Shown: positions 19,614 through 29,696, numbered from the stretch's first letter. The stretch is DNA of 64,000 bases from a virus (IMGVR_UViG_3300015214_000024:329787-393786); one strand, 5' to 3'. The notes: generated from the sequence alone by a model not told the origin. Made by a program: numbers and translations.

Positions 19614-19631
19614 AGTTTTATGTCAAGGACT

Positions 19632-20501
19632 TTAAACGGCGTTGATTGCTTTCAAATAACTATATCCTAAAGCAGCAAGTGTTCTACTATTCTTTGAAAA
19701 ACTTTGGGTAAATCCACGCTTAGCATCATTAATTGCCTGCTGGCGGTCTGCTGCTGAAATATGCAAACTATTTAAGGTCTTGCCCATTTTGGTAGAAATC
19801 TGTGATGCTGATAGGCTGCCTGCATCTGCTGGTTCACTACCAGTTGCTTGAGACTTGTCTTCTTCACCATCTGCGGCTTCTTCACCGGATTTATTAGCAT
19901 TAGTTTCAGGTTCAGCCTTGAATTTTGTTTGATTTTGAGGAAGATTTTCATATCCAAGATCATCAATATCAATGTGCTTTTCTTCAGCGCGAGTTTCAAT
20001 TGCATCACCAACACCATAAAAATAAGCAAATGACAATGCTGGAATAAAATCTTCTATGTTTACAATCTTACCAGTTGCTCGATCAGTTTCTGGCTTAACC
20101 TGCTTAACTGCGTCATTAAAGGTGGCATCACCCATTTTATATTGGGTCTTTAAGAATTGCTTTAAATTATCAACAGTAAGCTCTTGATTAAATCTCTTAC
20201 TATATTTGCCCCAATCTGCCATAAATTTAGCCTGATCGTCCATAGCCTGCATTGCGCCTTGGCGCTCAGCCGCCCATTGTTGGCCGAAAATTTTAGCACC
20301 AATCTTAGTCATCAAGCTAACATCTTGATCTGAAGGGTGATTAAATTCCATCAATTTTCTGTTAAGAGCAAACAAATCTTCTTTATCCATAGATTCTAAA
20401 ATTAAATCAAGTTCATATTCACTAGCATTTCCAAGTGATTCTGTCAAGGTAGACATTTCGTCTTGATAAAGTTTGGTTACTGCATCAATATATTCTCTCA
20501 T
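19632..20501 (-). CDS. Hypothetical protein (possibly head-internal)
   Basis: 289 aa; LTES, ILES, LME motifs near N-terminus. Confidence 0.5.
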   Translation of the reverse strand: MREYIDAVTKLYQDEMSTLTESLGNASEYELDLILESMDKEDLFALNRKLMEFNHPSDQDVSLMTKIGAKIFGQQWAAERQGAMQAMDDQAKFMADWGKYSKRFNQELTVDNLKQFLKTQYKMGDATFNDAVKQVKPETDRATGKIVNIEDFIPALSFAYFYGVGDAIETRAEEKHIDIDDLGYENLPQNQTKFKAEPETNANKSGEEAADGEEDKSQATGSEPADAGSLSASQISTKMGKTLNSLHISAADRQQAINDAKRGFTQSFSKNSRTLAALGYSYLKAINAV

Positions 20502-20746
20502 TTGGATTGCCCCTCTTTGAGTTGTCGAATTCTTTTACGAGTCTTTCCAAAATCTCTCGACTTGAGCGAATTAACTAATCTTCGTGAAATTTCTTCAGCT
20601 TCCTCAACAGAAAAATTCTCTTCAATATATTTCAAAAGATTTATTCCGCTTGATATGAATTGTTCCGATCTAGATTCCAATACAAGATACTTGTCGCGAT
20701 TTCTCGCCATTGAATGTAGTTCAGATAAGATACTTTTATTGCTCAT
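20498..20746 (-). CDS. Hypothetical protein
   Basis: 82 aa helical ORF; ATAAATA at 20772-20778 upstream. Confidence 0.6.
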   Translation of the reverse strand: MSNKSILSELHSMARNRDKYLVLESRSEQFISSGINLLKYIEENFSVEEAEEISRRLVNSLKSRDFGKTRKRIRQLKEGQSK

Positions 20747-20795
20747 AGAAAAACTCTCTGGTATTTTACATTATTTATTTGATTCTGCTTTTTAA

Positions 20796-22307
20796 TCAAT
20801 TTGAGTTCTTCATCTTGAGAATTTTAGCCAATCTCTGTTCTGGTGATATAACCTCCTGCTTCAGTGAATCTGGGGTCATTTTTTCTATCTTTTCCATTAT
20901 AGGATTTGAAGATGGCTTAGGTAGCGGGTCAGGTGCTGGTGCAGTTGATCCTATGTTTATGCCCAAATCTGCCCTTGCTTGTTTACCAAATAATACTGCC
21001 TTAACATCGTTTACTGATTCAATTGGAGTATCATCATCTTCATCACTATTAGACAAGCGCAATGCATCTTTATCAAGCAACAATGTAATTTTTCTATGAG
21101 TACCATTGCTTGAACGAGTCTTTAGAAATTGGAATTGATATTCACCACGATCACGCATAGCAGCCGAGCAGAAGATTGATACCAAGTTATCACAAGTTTG
21201 AATTTTTGATAGGCCGCCTTGGATCATAGCGTGATTGTGGTCTGCTTCATCCACCGCACCTCTGCCTAACTGGCTTGCGCTGGCGCCTAAAATATCATAT
21301 TCTGCTAACAAACCACGAAGCTCTTCAGAAACATACTTATCTTTCTGATAAACATTGTTAACGTCAACCTTATTACTATTTGGATGCATCAAATCCATAT
21401 AGTCAACTAGCAACGCATCTGGCTTTCTACCGTGTTGAACTTCATATTCTTTCAAATAGGCCTTGATTTGATTAGTTGTGGTTCCGGCCGGCATATATTT
21501 AACAATGAACGATCCACCCTTTTTAGAACTCAATGCCACCTTTGTTTCAAGATCATCCATCTTTTTATACATTTCATAAGATGGAATGCCTGCAATCATA
21601 GTGTACATTCTTCGAGCGATGAGTTCTTCACTCAATTCGAATGACAAATAAACCACGTGCATTGGCTCAAATGATCTAGTATCACCATTTTTAAGCTCAT
21701 AGCTGGTACCATAGTACCAATTCAATCCCAAATTTTGCAGAACAAGACTTTTACCGACGCCCGAGCCAGCAGCAAAAATTGTCAATTCGCCTCTGTTTAA
21801 TCCACCATATAATACTTCATCGAATTGTTTCCACCCGGTGGCAACAGTTTTGTTTTGCCTAATACGTTCCATCAATTCTCTAGGATTGCTGAAAATATTT
21901 GTACCAAGATCCTTTTGAAGTGAAACTTGAACCGCTTGTTTGACCATTGATTCGACTTCACCATAATTGCCCTTATCAATAAAGTCTAATGATTCGTTAA
22001 CCGCGTGAACAATTGCTGATCGTTGACAAAACTTTTCAACATTATCTAATACCCACGAACTATCGTGAGTAGTCATATCGTATTGGGTTAATCTTTTGCC
22101 TGTCTCAGCATAAATTTGATCATTATTAGGCAAAGAATTAAATTTCTCAGTATGATACTGAACATATTTGACTATTGGTTGCAATTCTGTATCAAAATAT
22201 TTGGTTTTTATAATACTATTTGCTCGCTGGAATACACTTTCATCAGCCAGCATATATGAAAGCATCAGTTCTTGTTTATCATACCCGAATTCTAAATCAT
22301 ATTTCAT
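20796..22307 (-). CDS. gp41: Replicative DNA helicase (T4 gp41/DnaB-like)
   Basis: Walker A AGSGVGKS, YLSFELSE, LLVDYMDLM, ASQLGR, LKTR arginine finger. Confidence 0.93.
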   Translation of the reverse strand: MKYDLEFGYDKQELMLSYMLADESVFQRANSIIKTKYFDTELQPIVKYVQYHTEKFNSLPNNDQIYAETGKRLTQYDMTTHDSSWVLDNVEKFCQRSAIVHAVNESLDFIDKGNYGEVESMVKQAVQVSLQKDLGTNIFSNPRELMERIRQNKTVATGWKQFDEVLYGGLNRGELTIFAAGSGVGKSLVLQNLGLNWYYGTSYELKNGDTRSFEPMHVVYLSFELSEELIARRMYTMIAGIPSYEMYKKMDDLETKVALSSKKGGSFIVKYMPAGTTTNQIKAYLKEYEVQHGRKPDALLVDYMDLMHPNSNKVDVNNVYQKDKYVSEELRGLLAEYDILGASASQLGRGAVDEADHNHAMIQGGLSKIQTCDNLVSIFCSAAMRDRGEYQFQFLKTRSSNGTHRKITLLLDKDALRLSNSDEDDDTPIESVNDVKAVLFGKQARADLGINIGSTAPAPDPLPKPSSNPIMEKIEKMTPDSLKQEVISPEQRLAKILKMKNSN

Positions 22308-22312
22308 ATTTG

Positions 22313-23326
22313 TTATGTTCTCATTATATTTGCTGTTTTAAATCGAGTTTCCAATTCAATGGAAGTGCCTGTATAGATTGAATTGTAAATCGTATATAAT
22401 GTATAAAGCCTGCCGCACTCTTTAACCGATTGGGCACAATCCTTGATATCTTTTGGCCATTTGGGCAGTGATACTGAAAAGCCGTACTTGCCAGCATCCT
22501 GAACTAGTCTCAAGCCAGTATTTTCCATATCCGGAATAATTATAACTTTTTTGCGTGATTTAATCAATATTTCTGCTTCAACTTCATTCATTGTATTTGT
22601 CATTAAGGCCACTCCACCAATTGCCTTCGCATCAGTCGGGCCTTCGACGGCCACCACAGTATCTGCTTTATCATTCAGCATATCCATATTATAGATATAA
22701 TTTTCTGGACGTTCCATCATATATTTTGCTATTCCAACAGGCGGTTTTTTCTCATAATACCTTGACGTCCATCCTACCACCTTACCATTCCAATAAAAAG
22801 GCAATATAAACCGTTTATTCATTTGTAGTCGCGTATCAGGGCTCCACATAACCTGTTTGTCCAATAACAGAAACGGAACCTCAGATGAGATATATTCTAC
22901 GACTTTGTTGAATTCTGGGTCGCAAAATCCAGATTGGATTAGATCAATTATCGGCTTAGAATCTTGCGGCAACTTTACAATTGGGTAGGCACTTGGGACT
23001 TCTGGTATTATACGTTTACGGACTGTATTATTACCAAATCGTATTTCGATTGGTATTTCACTTATATCAGCACCTAAAGTCTTCAAAAAATCAAGGCACT
23101 TTTTGTTTGGTCGATTGCCTTCAGTATAGCCAGTAGAAAATTTACAATTGAAGCAGTTATAGACGAAGCCAAGTGGTTCAATTTTTAAGCCGCCGCGCAT
23201 CTTAGTATCATTTCGGGCTTCACCCTGTTTGATACACATTGGGCAGTTAAATTTGAAGCCATTTCTATTCTTTTTAGAAGAGGTTGGCAAATGTTTAAGT
23301 AAAAGTTGTGTTACTACGTCAGTCAT
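22313..23326 (-). CDS. gp61: DNA primase (T4 gp61-like)
   Basis: Zn ribbon CPMC...YNCFNC; TOPRIM VEGPTDA and IPDME; adjacent to helicase. Confidence 0.9.
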   Translation of the reverse strand: MTDVVTQLLLKHLPTSSKKNRNGFKFNCPMCIKQGEARNDTKMRGGLKIEPLGFVYNCFNCKFSTGYTEGNRPNKKCLDFLKTLGADISEIPIEIRFGNNTVRKRIIPEVPSAYPIVKLPQDSKPIIDLIQSGFCDPEFNKVVEYISSEVPFLLLDKQVMWSPDTRLQMNKRFILPFYWNGKVVGWTSRYYEKKPPVGIAKYMMERPENYIYNMDMLNDKADTVVAVEGPTDAKAIGGVALMTNTMNEVEAEILIKSRKKVIIIPDMENTGLRLVQDAGKYGFSVSLPKWPKDIKDCAQSVKECGRLYTLYTIYNSIYTGTSIELETRFKTANIMRT

Positions 23327-23357
23327 ACCAATTTCATTATTTTATACACCAAAAGTC

Positions 23358-23387
23358 AGTATAAAATAATAGTAAATGGTTAGTCAA
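23358..23387 (-). promoter_or_regulatory. Sigma70-type promoter for primase-helicase
   Basis: TTGACT-18 nt-TATACT on minus strand. Confidence 0.55.
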
Positions 23388-23389
23388 GA

Positions 23390-24187
23390 TTAATTTCGAT
23401 ACAGGACTTTTGTAATTTGGCCATCTTGATTTTGTTGCGGGACGTATTTAAATCGAACCCATTTCGCATTTGCTTGAAATGTGAACGGCTCAATGCCAGT
23501 GAATTGGTCATAATTTTTCCAAGGCATTAACTCGTCTAACCAAATTGGAGACCAATCGCTTTGAATTGGCACATCGTTTAGGGATATTTCCACATAAAAC
23601 TTACCAGTGTAATTTTCACAATAAACAGCAATAGTATGAAGACCATCATCGCGATATTGATTTGAATCTGCCTTAAATGGGCCAGCAACCCAAAAAGTTT
23701 CACTTTCTTCAGTAGTATCAGTCGATGGCGTGTAGTCATCTGGCAAAACACTCACAGATTTTACTGGAGTTGGCATCACTCCTTCTATCAATTCAAAATA
23801 ACTGAGAGTATTTACTGTTTGGTCAATAAAATATGGTTCCGGAGTTCCATCTGCCACAACTGTGAGCGAATAGTAAAAATAAGCTGGTGATAAATCAACG
23901 GTGTCAACTACTTCAAATACAGCTTGTGCTCGACCTCTAATGGCATCAGTAATATCAAGCTGTTTATAAAATTGGAATTCATTAGTATCATAACTGAAGA
24001 CATTTAATATTACCATCTTATCAGTTAGATCAATCACTTGCGAGTCTAAATCTCTTATTTTGAAATCGACTACAGTCTTTGTTCCTTTGAATACTTTGAA
24101 GTTAGTATCAGTTAGGGGTAGATTGGCGGATTGCGGACTTGATAGAGTAGTATCAATCAATTGATTATACGAATAGAAAGTGACCAT
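23390..24187 (-). CDS. Virion/baseplate structural protein (BppU-like N-terminal domain)
   Basis: FKGTKTVVDFKIRD...IDLTDK pattern; ATAAATA at 24240-24246. Confidence 0.5.
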   Translation of the reverse strand: MVTFYSYNQLIDTTLSSPQSANLPLTDTNFKVFKGTKTVVDFKIRDLDSQVIDLTDKMVILNVFSYDTNEFQFYKQLDITDAIRGRAQAVFEVVDTVDLSPAYFYYSLTVVADGTPEPYFIDQTVNTLSYFELIEGVMPTPVKSVSVLPDDYTPSTDTTEESETFWVAGPFKADSNQYRDDGLHTIAVYCENYTGKFYVEISLNDVPIQSDWSPIWLDELMPWKNYDQFTGIEPFTFQANAKWVRFKYVPQQNQDGQITKVLYRN

Positions 24188-24252
24188 TTGGCAATCCTTT
24201 TATTTTTTACGCAGATAAATAATTATACATTCAACAACGTATTTATTATAAG

Positions 24253-24639
24253 ATGACTATGATCACAACCACAGATTTTTTCCAGTTGCAGACCAAATTT
24301 CCGTTTCTATCTTGCATTAGATTTAGGAATGAAGATTTAGTCGGTATAGTACAAAATATTGACAATCAAGTTATCAGCTTTTATGTATATAATCGCTTAT
24401 CTACAAAACACGAAAAAACATCATTTCTAAACTTAGGCCAAGAATGGTGGGATAACAGTAACCGCCTCATCCCAATTGATATTTTCTTAAAAGACGATTT
24501 TGAATATTATAAAAAAATCCACCATTGCTTTCCTAAAAAAGAAGTCACTAACATTATGGGGCATACTGTATGTTTAGATGACCAATTCAATAAAAGAATC
24601 AAGAAACGCAGAAGTCAATTGGTCCGTAATCCAAAATAA
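24253..24639 (+). CDS. Hypothetical protein, divergently transcribed
   Basis: 128 aa; ATAAATA on + strand at 24215-24221; WWDNSNRLIPIDIFLK motif. Confidence 0.7.
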   Translation: MTMITTTDFFQLQTKFPFLSCIRFRNEDLVGIVQNIDNQVISFYVYNRLSTKHEKTSFLNLGQEWWDNSNRLIPIDIFLKDDFEYYKKIHHCFPKKEVTNIMGHTVCLDDQFNKRIKKRRSQLVRNPK

Positions 24640-24882
24640 TCATCCCATTATATTGCAAAAAGACACATAAGCATTAAATGCGTCCAAGTCTGGGAAATCC
24701 AAATAATAATTAGTTAAATTATCAAGGGTTGGATGGGTGTATGGTGTTAAAGTTACGTCTATTGATTTCAAAAAGTCAACAACATTATCCAGCCAGATCG
24801 AAGTTCCCGTTTCCATACAAATAAAATTGCCACTTTGTCGGCCCCGAGTATTAACCGTTGCTATTAGTTTTGATCGTATCAT
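24640..24882 (-). CDS. Hypothetical protein
   Basis: 80 aa, coupled to upstream gene. Confidence 0.55.
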   Translation of the reverse strand: MIRSKLIATVNTRGRQSGNFICMETGTSIWLDNVVDFLKSIDVTLTPYTHPTLDNLTNYYLDFPDLDAFNAYVSFCNIMG

Positions 24883-25463
24883 ACCACCGCACGTTCTGAT
24901 TCAATTTTGACCATCAAACACCCAATAGCTACCGCATATGCAAAACTGTGAGCTCGTTTGAAGTAATAACCTTCATCATCGGCTATTTTATCCCATATTG
25001 TGTTCTTAATCTGAGACCAAGTTTTATCTTTATACCATTTGTGTTTTCTTCTAATTAAAGCCAAAAATGTAGCTAAATCCTCAATACTTTGGATTGGATA
25101 TTTGTTAATCAGATCATAATAATCAGCAATATGTGGAAGTTGTTCAACTACAGTTTTATCGTTCAACAAACTCCAATTTGGTTCTATGGATAGCAATAGA
25201 TTTAAATGATTTTCGTTCTCGATCCCTTCATACATTGATGCATTTAGAAAATCTATCTTGAACAACCCTAACTCAGACGCCAACTCATCATCAACTCCTG
25301 CCAATCCTGTTATAGGATCTGCTGGAACATTTTGAAAATAAAACCCCGACGGGTGGGGTGATAATTCACCATTCTTATGCAAAGAAGCTCTGATACACTT
25401 CAATCCTTCAAGAGCTTTGTCTCTATCATAAAAATCTATATCAATATCGGTCGAAACGGTCAC
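24879..25463 (-). CDS. Miniature DNA polymerase III alpha (DnaE)-like protein
   Basis: DIDIDF, HPSG, FKIDFL and YYFKRAHSFAYA match DnaE motifs PDIDxDF, HAAG, KxDFL and YxFNKSHxxAY in only 194 aa. Confidence 0.8.
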   Translation of the reverse strand: MTVSTDIDIDFYDRDKALEGLKCIRASLHKNGELSPHPSGFYFQNVPADPITGLAGVDDELASELGLFKIDFLNASMYEGIENENHLNLLLSIEPNWSLLNDKTVVEQLPHIADYYDLINKYPIQSIEDLATFLALIRRKHKWYKDKTWSQIKNTIWDKIADDEGYYFKRAHSFAYAVAIGCLMVKIESERAVV

Positions 25464-25731
25464 GGAAACCCTCCACCATCGATTTGGATAAGCTATTGAT
25501 TACTCTTTTCATCTGCTGGACTTCAGTAGTCAAAATTCGCAATTGCTTTTGAGTTTTAGCCAATTCTGCAACCACCCTATCGTGCTGTTCTTTAGTGACA
25601 ACTGATGCTTTTTTACCCTTAGTTTCAACCACTACAGTATCTTGCAATATTTCTATTTTCTTATCATCCTGGCCAGATACTTTTGTGGTTTCGGCATCAT
25701 TCCCATTGTACATAGACGCTCTATCAATCAT
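25441..25731 (-). CDS. Coiled-coil hypothetical protein
   Basis: 96 aa; heptad pattern. Confidence 0.55.
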   Translation of the reverse strand: MIDRASMYNGNDAETTKVSGQDDKKIEILQDTVVVETKGKKASVVTKEQHDRVVAELAKTQKQLRILTTEVQQMKRVINSLSKSMVEGFRDRFDRY

Positions 25732-26417
25732 AATCCATAATCCTTGACAATTTGCTCTACAAATTGCTGGTCCTTCGCTTTACGGCGCATAGCCTGTTGC
25801 CACCAGTTTATATCCAAATACTTATTAAGTAAAATTAACTGTTCATCGCTCATTCTATTCATCAAGCCCTGAGCTTTTTCTGAAGTAAAAAATACCCAAG
25901 GACTAATCCTTCCCGATCGAAGCCAATCCAATGCCTGCTGATTGGATATTTCATTAAAGAAATTAGTCCAATCTTGATCATTTTCTGAAGCCCATTTATC
26001 GATAAACTTAACAGTTTTACCAACCGCATCGTCAATTGATTCTTGACGCATATTCATCTTTACAAAATATTCATATGTGGAATCCTTATTCCAAGAAGAC
26101 ATTTTGTAATTATTTTTGATCATAAAATCAATGTAAGCCAAATAATTAGTAATATTATAATCATCTACAAAGAAACCAAATTTTACAAATGAAATATATG
26201 CAGTCGAATTCATAAAATCTTCGTAAGTCAGGCCGCCTTTCTTATTCAAATACAGCCCAGACTTTTTGCACCAATGTAGCCAGGAAGCAAAAGCAATCCT
26301 AACGTGCTTATCATCCTTGTTCATCCACCTTCGCTTCTTTTCGCAAAGATGGACCTCAAGTGTTTTTTCTCTCGAAAATTCTTTTTTACAAAAATGGCAC
26401 TGAAATTTATCAGTCAT
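25728..26417 (-). CDS. Zinc-finger protein in the replication module
   Basis: CHFC...HLC N-terminal Zn finger; GRISPW motif. Confidence 0.6.
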   Translation of the reverse strand: MTDKFQCHFCKKEFSREKTLEVHLCEKKRRWMNKDDKHVRIAFASWLHWCKKSGLYLNKKGGLTYEDFMNSTAYISFVKFGFFVDDYNITNYLAYIDFMIKNNYKMSSWNKDSTYEYFVKMNMRQESIDDAVGKTVKFIDKWASENDQDWTNFFNEISNQQALDWLRSGRISPWVFFTSEKAQGLMNRMSDEQLILLNKYLDINWWQQAMRRKAKDQQFVEQIVKDYGL

Positions 26418-26920
26418 TATTTCTTCAATTCTTTTATTTCTTTAATCAAAACTTTCACTTCATCGTCTTGTAAACCAGATTCTTCAACCATACTTATCAG
26501 TTGCTCTTTACTGTTAATTGAAACAAGAAAATCCAATTCATTATTAGATGCTGTTGGATAATATTGCTTTAAAAAATTATTCAATTTAGATTTTTTCTCC
26601 CTCGAGAAGCCCTTAATCCATTCGTGATTAACTTTCTGACCAATGCCACATTGCGCTAATAACATATAAAGCAATTCTGGATGTTTTGACAAGCACGGAT
26701 CCCATAAATTTCGATTAATCATTTCGTTAACCATTTGGATATAGTATTCGTTTATTTCTCGCGAGCCCTTCACTGCACTAATCCAACGCATTATGACCAA
26801 TGGTGAAAATGCCTTCTTTTCTTCATCAGTTAACGTCTTATAGAAACCAAAGTTGCGCTTATCAATTTGTTCCATCACTCTAAATATGTCTAGAGGAGGT
26901 TTCTTTTTGCCATCAGTCAT
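26417..26920 (-). CDS. Clamp loader small subunit (T4 gp62-like)
   Basis: EEKKAFSPLVIMRWIS and QYYPTASNNE patterns; helical; replication context. Confidence 0.6.
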   Translation of the reverse strand: MTDGKKKPPLDIFRVMEQIDKRNFGFYKTLTDEEKKAFSPLVIMRWISAVKGSREINEYYIQMVNEMINRNLWDPCLSKHPELLYMLLAQCGIGQKVNHEWIKGFSREKKSKLNNFLKQYYPTASNNELDFLVSINSKEQLISMVEESGLQDDEVKVLIKEIKELKK

Positions 26921-26973
26921 TCTTGTATATCCTTTCTACCACACTAATACATCGTTGGGCCAAAATCAATATA

Positions 26974-27459
26974 TCATTGATATCTTCTTGTTTTTTTGGA
27001 TTGAATATTCCTTATAGTCTCTGTTGTCACATTATAATATTTTGCTAAATTAGATATTGTTTCATCTGACGATCTGATATCGCATATATCTTCCCAAGTT
27101 AAACCGTAAATACGAATTTCACCAGCAACCCCAAGAGTCGCAGTAATGGCTTGATAGGTATTACCGAATTTAATATTTCTGGCTACTTTAATTGAGCATC
27201 CAAATTTATTTTTTATTTCTTGAGCAGTTCCAGAAAAATAATATATTTGTTCGATTATTTCTGGTGTTAGTATTCGCTTTTTAGTATGTGCTGGCTGGCC
27301 AGGAATTCCAATGCCATTAGTGAAATTTTTATAATTTTTTCTACTTTTGATGTCATTGACAGTCGTTATAGATACGTCAAATTTTTTGGCTATATCTTTC
27401 GATGTCGAACTAGACTTAAAAATATCAATCACATCTTTTTTTGTTAATTTTTGGTTCAT
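26974..27459 (-). CDS. Protein of three tandem helix-turn-helix repeats (homing-endonuclease-type DNA-binding modules, no nuclease)
   Basis: Three LTxxxxxxI...(I/L)xxx(F/Y)xxxxxxxxxI repeats. Confidence 0.65.
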   Translation of the reverse strand: MNQKLTKKDVIDIFKSSSTSKDIAKKFDVSITTVNDIKSRKNYKNFTNGIGIPGQPAHTKKRILTPEIIEQIYYFSGTAQEIKNKFGCSIKVARNIKFGNTYQAITATLGVAGEIRIYGLTWEDICDIRSSDETISNLAKYYNVTTETIRNIQSKKTRRYQ

Positions 27460-27490
27460 TTCAATTCGTTTATTAAACATTGTTTTGGTT

Positions 27491-27502
27491 TATTTATAAA
27501 TA
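27491..27502. promoter_or_regulatory. Overlapping divergent late promoters
   Basis: Palindrome tatttataaata gives TATAAATA on both strands between divergent genes. Confidence 0.65.
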
Positions 27503-27546
27503 TTAGCAGAGTTAGACATTTAAGTCAAAAATTAGGAGATTTTAAG

Positions 27547-28296
27547 ATGGGTAGACCACTTAATAAGCGAAACTTTAAATCAGGTGCTGGAAACCAGCTT
27601 GCAGTTCGTGCAAAAATTGGCTCCAATGCAGAAGGTGACGGTTTCATCGTAAAGCAAACCGGTTCAGATCGTTACATCGTAACCGTTGGTGCAAATACTG
27701 GTACAGTATATTTGGTTGATAAATCAAATGGCTCACTTGCTGCAAACGAAGCAACTATCACATTCCAAGATGCCGAGCTTAATACTAAGAGAGTAAAGAA
27801 GCTGTTATCACACCGTGCTATTTTCTTTGACGATACTTCAGCTGGTTGGTCATTTGACCCAGCAACTGGTGCGTTGTGGGAAGCTGCTGATGTCGAGGAT
27901 GGCTTCGCCCCAACAGTTGTTATCACAATCGACACTCAACCAAGCGATTCGTCCGTCAATGAAGGCGAAGGTGCTTCTTTCTCAGTTTCTGCATCATCAG
28001 AACCTTCAACCACACTTTCATACGAATGGAACACTGTTGATGGTGAAGATTTAACACCAATCAGCAATACTGGTGTTTATACTGGTGCAGATACTGATAC
28101 ATTAACGATTTCAGATGCTACTGGCTTGGATTCAACTGACTTCATCGTCGTAATTTCGGCAACAGGTGCTGAAACTGTATATTCTGATGTCGTGACATTG
28201 ACCGTTGTCCCAACACAATTTTTAAAATTTCAGAAAAAAAATAAAGAGGGGTTAGAAATAGCCCCTCTTTTATATCATACAGCTTACGTCAATTGA
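27547..28296 (+). CDS. Virion protein with C-terminal Ig-like domain
   Basis: AGGAGA RBS; MGRPLNKR N-terminus; ITIDTQPSD...LSYEW...TLTI Ig-like motif; ORF runs through a terminator. Confidence 0.75.
   Translation: MGRPLNKRNFKSGAGNQLAVRAKIGSNAEGDGFIVKQTGSDRYIVTVGANTGTVYLVDKSNGSLAANEATITFQDAELNTKRVKKLLSHRAIFFDDTSAGWSFDPATGALWEAADVEDGFAPTVVITIDTQPSDSSVNEGEGASFSVSASSEPSTTLSYEWNTVDGEDLTPISNTGVYTGADTDTLTISDATGLDSTDFIVVISATGAETVYSDVVTLTVVPTQFLKFQKKNKEGLEIAPLLYHTAYVN
28243..28270. terminator. Bidirectional intrinsic terminator
   Basis: aaagaggggtta-gaaa-tagcccctcttt between convergent genes. Confidence 0.8.
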
Positions 28297-28779
28297 ATCA
28301 GGAAGTTTTACTTTAGGTTCGGAAAAATATACACAAAGTGGCTGCGGTCCAGTAGTTAATGGTATGCTTATTAAATTATCATTGAATAATGCAGGACTTG
28401 TCCATTTTAGATCTGGATAAAAATTGATAATTTTGACAGGAAGGAATTCAGGCATTGAACTTGATAATGGATTAAATGCGAATGCTTGAAAATCTCGACC
28501 ATTAAATTTCTTAATTTCAATCAATTCAAGTTCGCTAAATTCCATTTCACCAGTAACGATTGCCCAGTCCCAAGGAACGTGTACAATGTATGGTCCGATT
28601 TGCAATTCAACACCAGCTTTGGTATATTCCTCAATAAACACTAAAGGTAAAAATCGGTAATCGACATCTTTTAAATTGCTATAATCAAAAACACAAAAGT
28701 TGATATCAACATTTGGATCATTGAATGATATATTGTTCATATCAAAAGGCATATTCTCTGCGGTCAGTAATTTGATCAT
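28270..28779 (-). CDS. Hypothetical protein downstream of uvsW
   Basis: 169 aa; FLPLVFIEE, PWDW motifs. Confidence 0.65.
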   Translation of the reverse strand: MIKLLTAENMPFDMNNISFNDPNVDINFCVFDYSNLKDVDYRFLPLVFIEEYTKAGVELQIGPYIVHVPWDWAIVTGEMEFSELELIEIKKFNGRDFQAFAFNPLSSSMPEFLPVKIINFYPDLKWTSPALFNDNLISIPLTTGPQPLCVYFSEPKVKLPDSIDVSCMI

Positions 28780-28841
28780 TATTTTATTTTTCCATTTAGC
28801 TAAATATATTAAAGTTATTCATATCAAAAGATGAGTTTAAA

Positions 28842-29696
28842 ATGTTGCCAGCACAATTCATTAAAAACAAATACTATCTCATTTACTATAAGATAATAGA
28901 TCGGGCTAAGTCAAGAAATATTTCTGGATATATTGAGCGACACCACGTTATACCTAAATCACTTGGCGGATCTAACGACAAATCCAATATGGTTTGCTTG
29001 ACTGCGAAAGAGCATTTTATATGTCATAGACTATTGACAAAATTTACTACAGGTAAATTTAAACTATCGATGGATCGGGCGGCCTGGAGAGTCAGCCACA
29101 TACAAATCAAAAATAAAGAGGTATTAATAACATCATCACAATATGAAAAATTGAAGACAAACGCAGCAAAAGCACAAAGCATTTTAATGACAGGAACCCC
29201 AAAATCTCCAGAACATATTGAAAATATGAAAAAAGCATTTAAAGGCCGTCCTTCATCTTTTAAAGGAAAGCATCATACTGAAGAAAATAAATTGCGCCAT
29301 TCTAAAATTTTAAAAGAAAAATATGCCTCTGGCGAACTTTTTAAATCACAAGAGACTATTGAAAAACACAGAGCAAGTCGACAAGGATATAAACATTCAG
29401 AAGAAACTAAAAGAAAAATTTCCGAATCTCAAATAGGTAAAACAGTAATCGTCAAAGAAGAAACTAAGGAAAAAATTTCCAAGACTCTGAAAGCTCGATA
29501 TAAAGATCAGGTCCACCATTTGAAAGGTAGACCTGCTCACAATAGAGGTAAAAGTAGGACCGATGCCGAAAAAGCAAAAATGTCAGCTGGTCACCAAAAT
29601 CGTGAGCATATTGTCTGCGAACACTGTAATAAATCAGTCCCGAAGCCAAATTATTCAAGATGGCACGGAAGTAATTGTCGAGCCATCTTGAATTAA
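28842..29696 (+). mobile_element. Free-standing HNH homing endonuclease with NUMOD3-like repeats
   Basis: ERHHVIPKSLGGSN...LTAKEHFICHRLL; HTEE/HSEETKRKIS repeats; CEHC...RWHGSNC tail; opposite strand next to uvsW. Confidence 0.88.
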
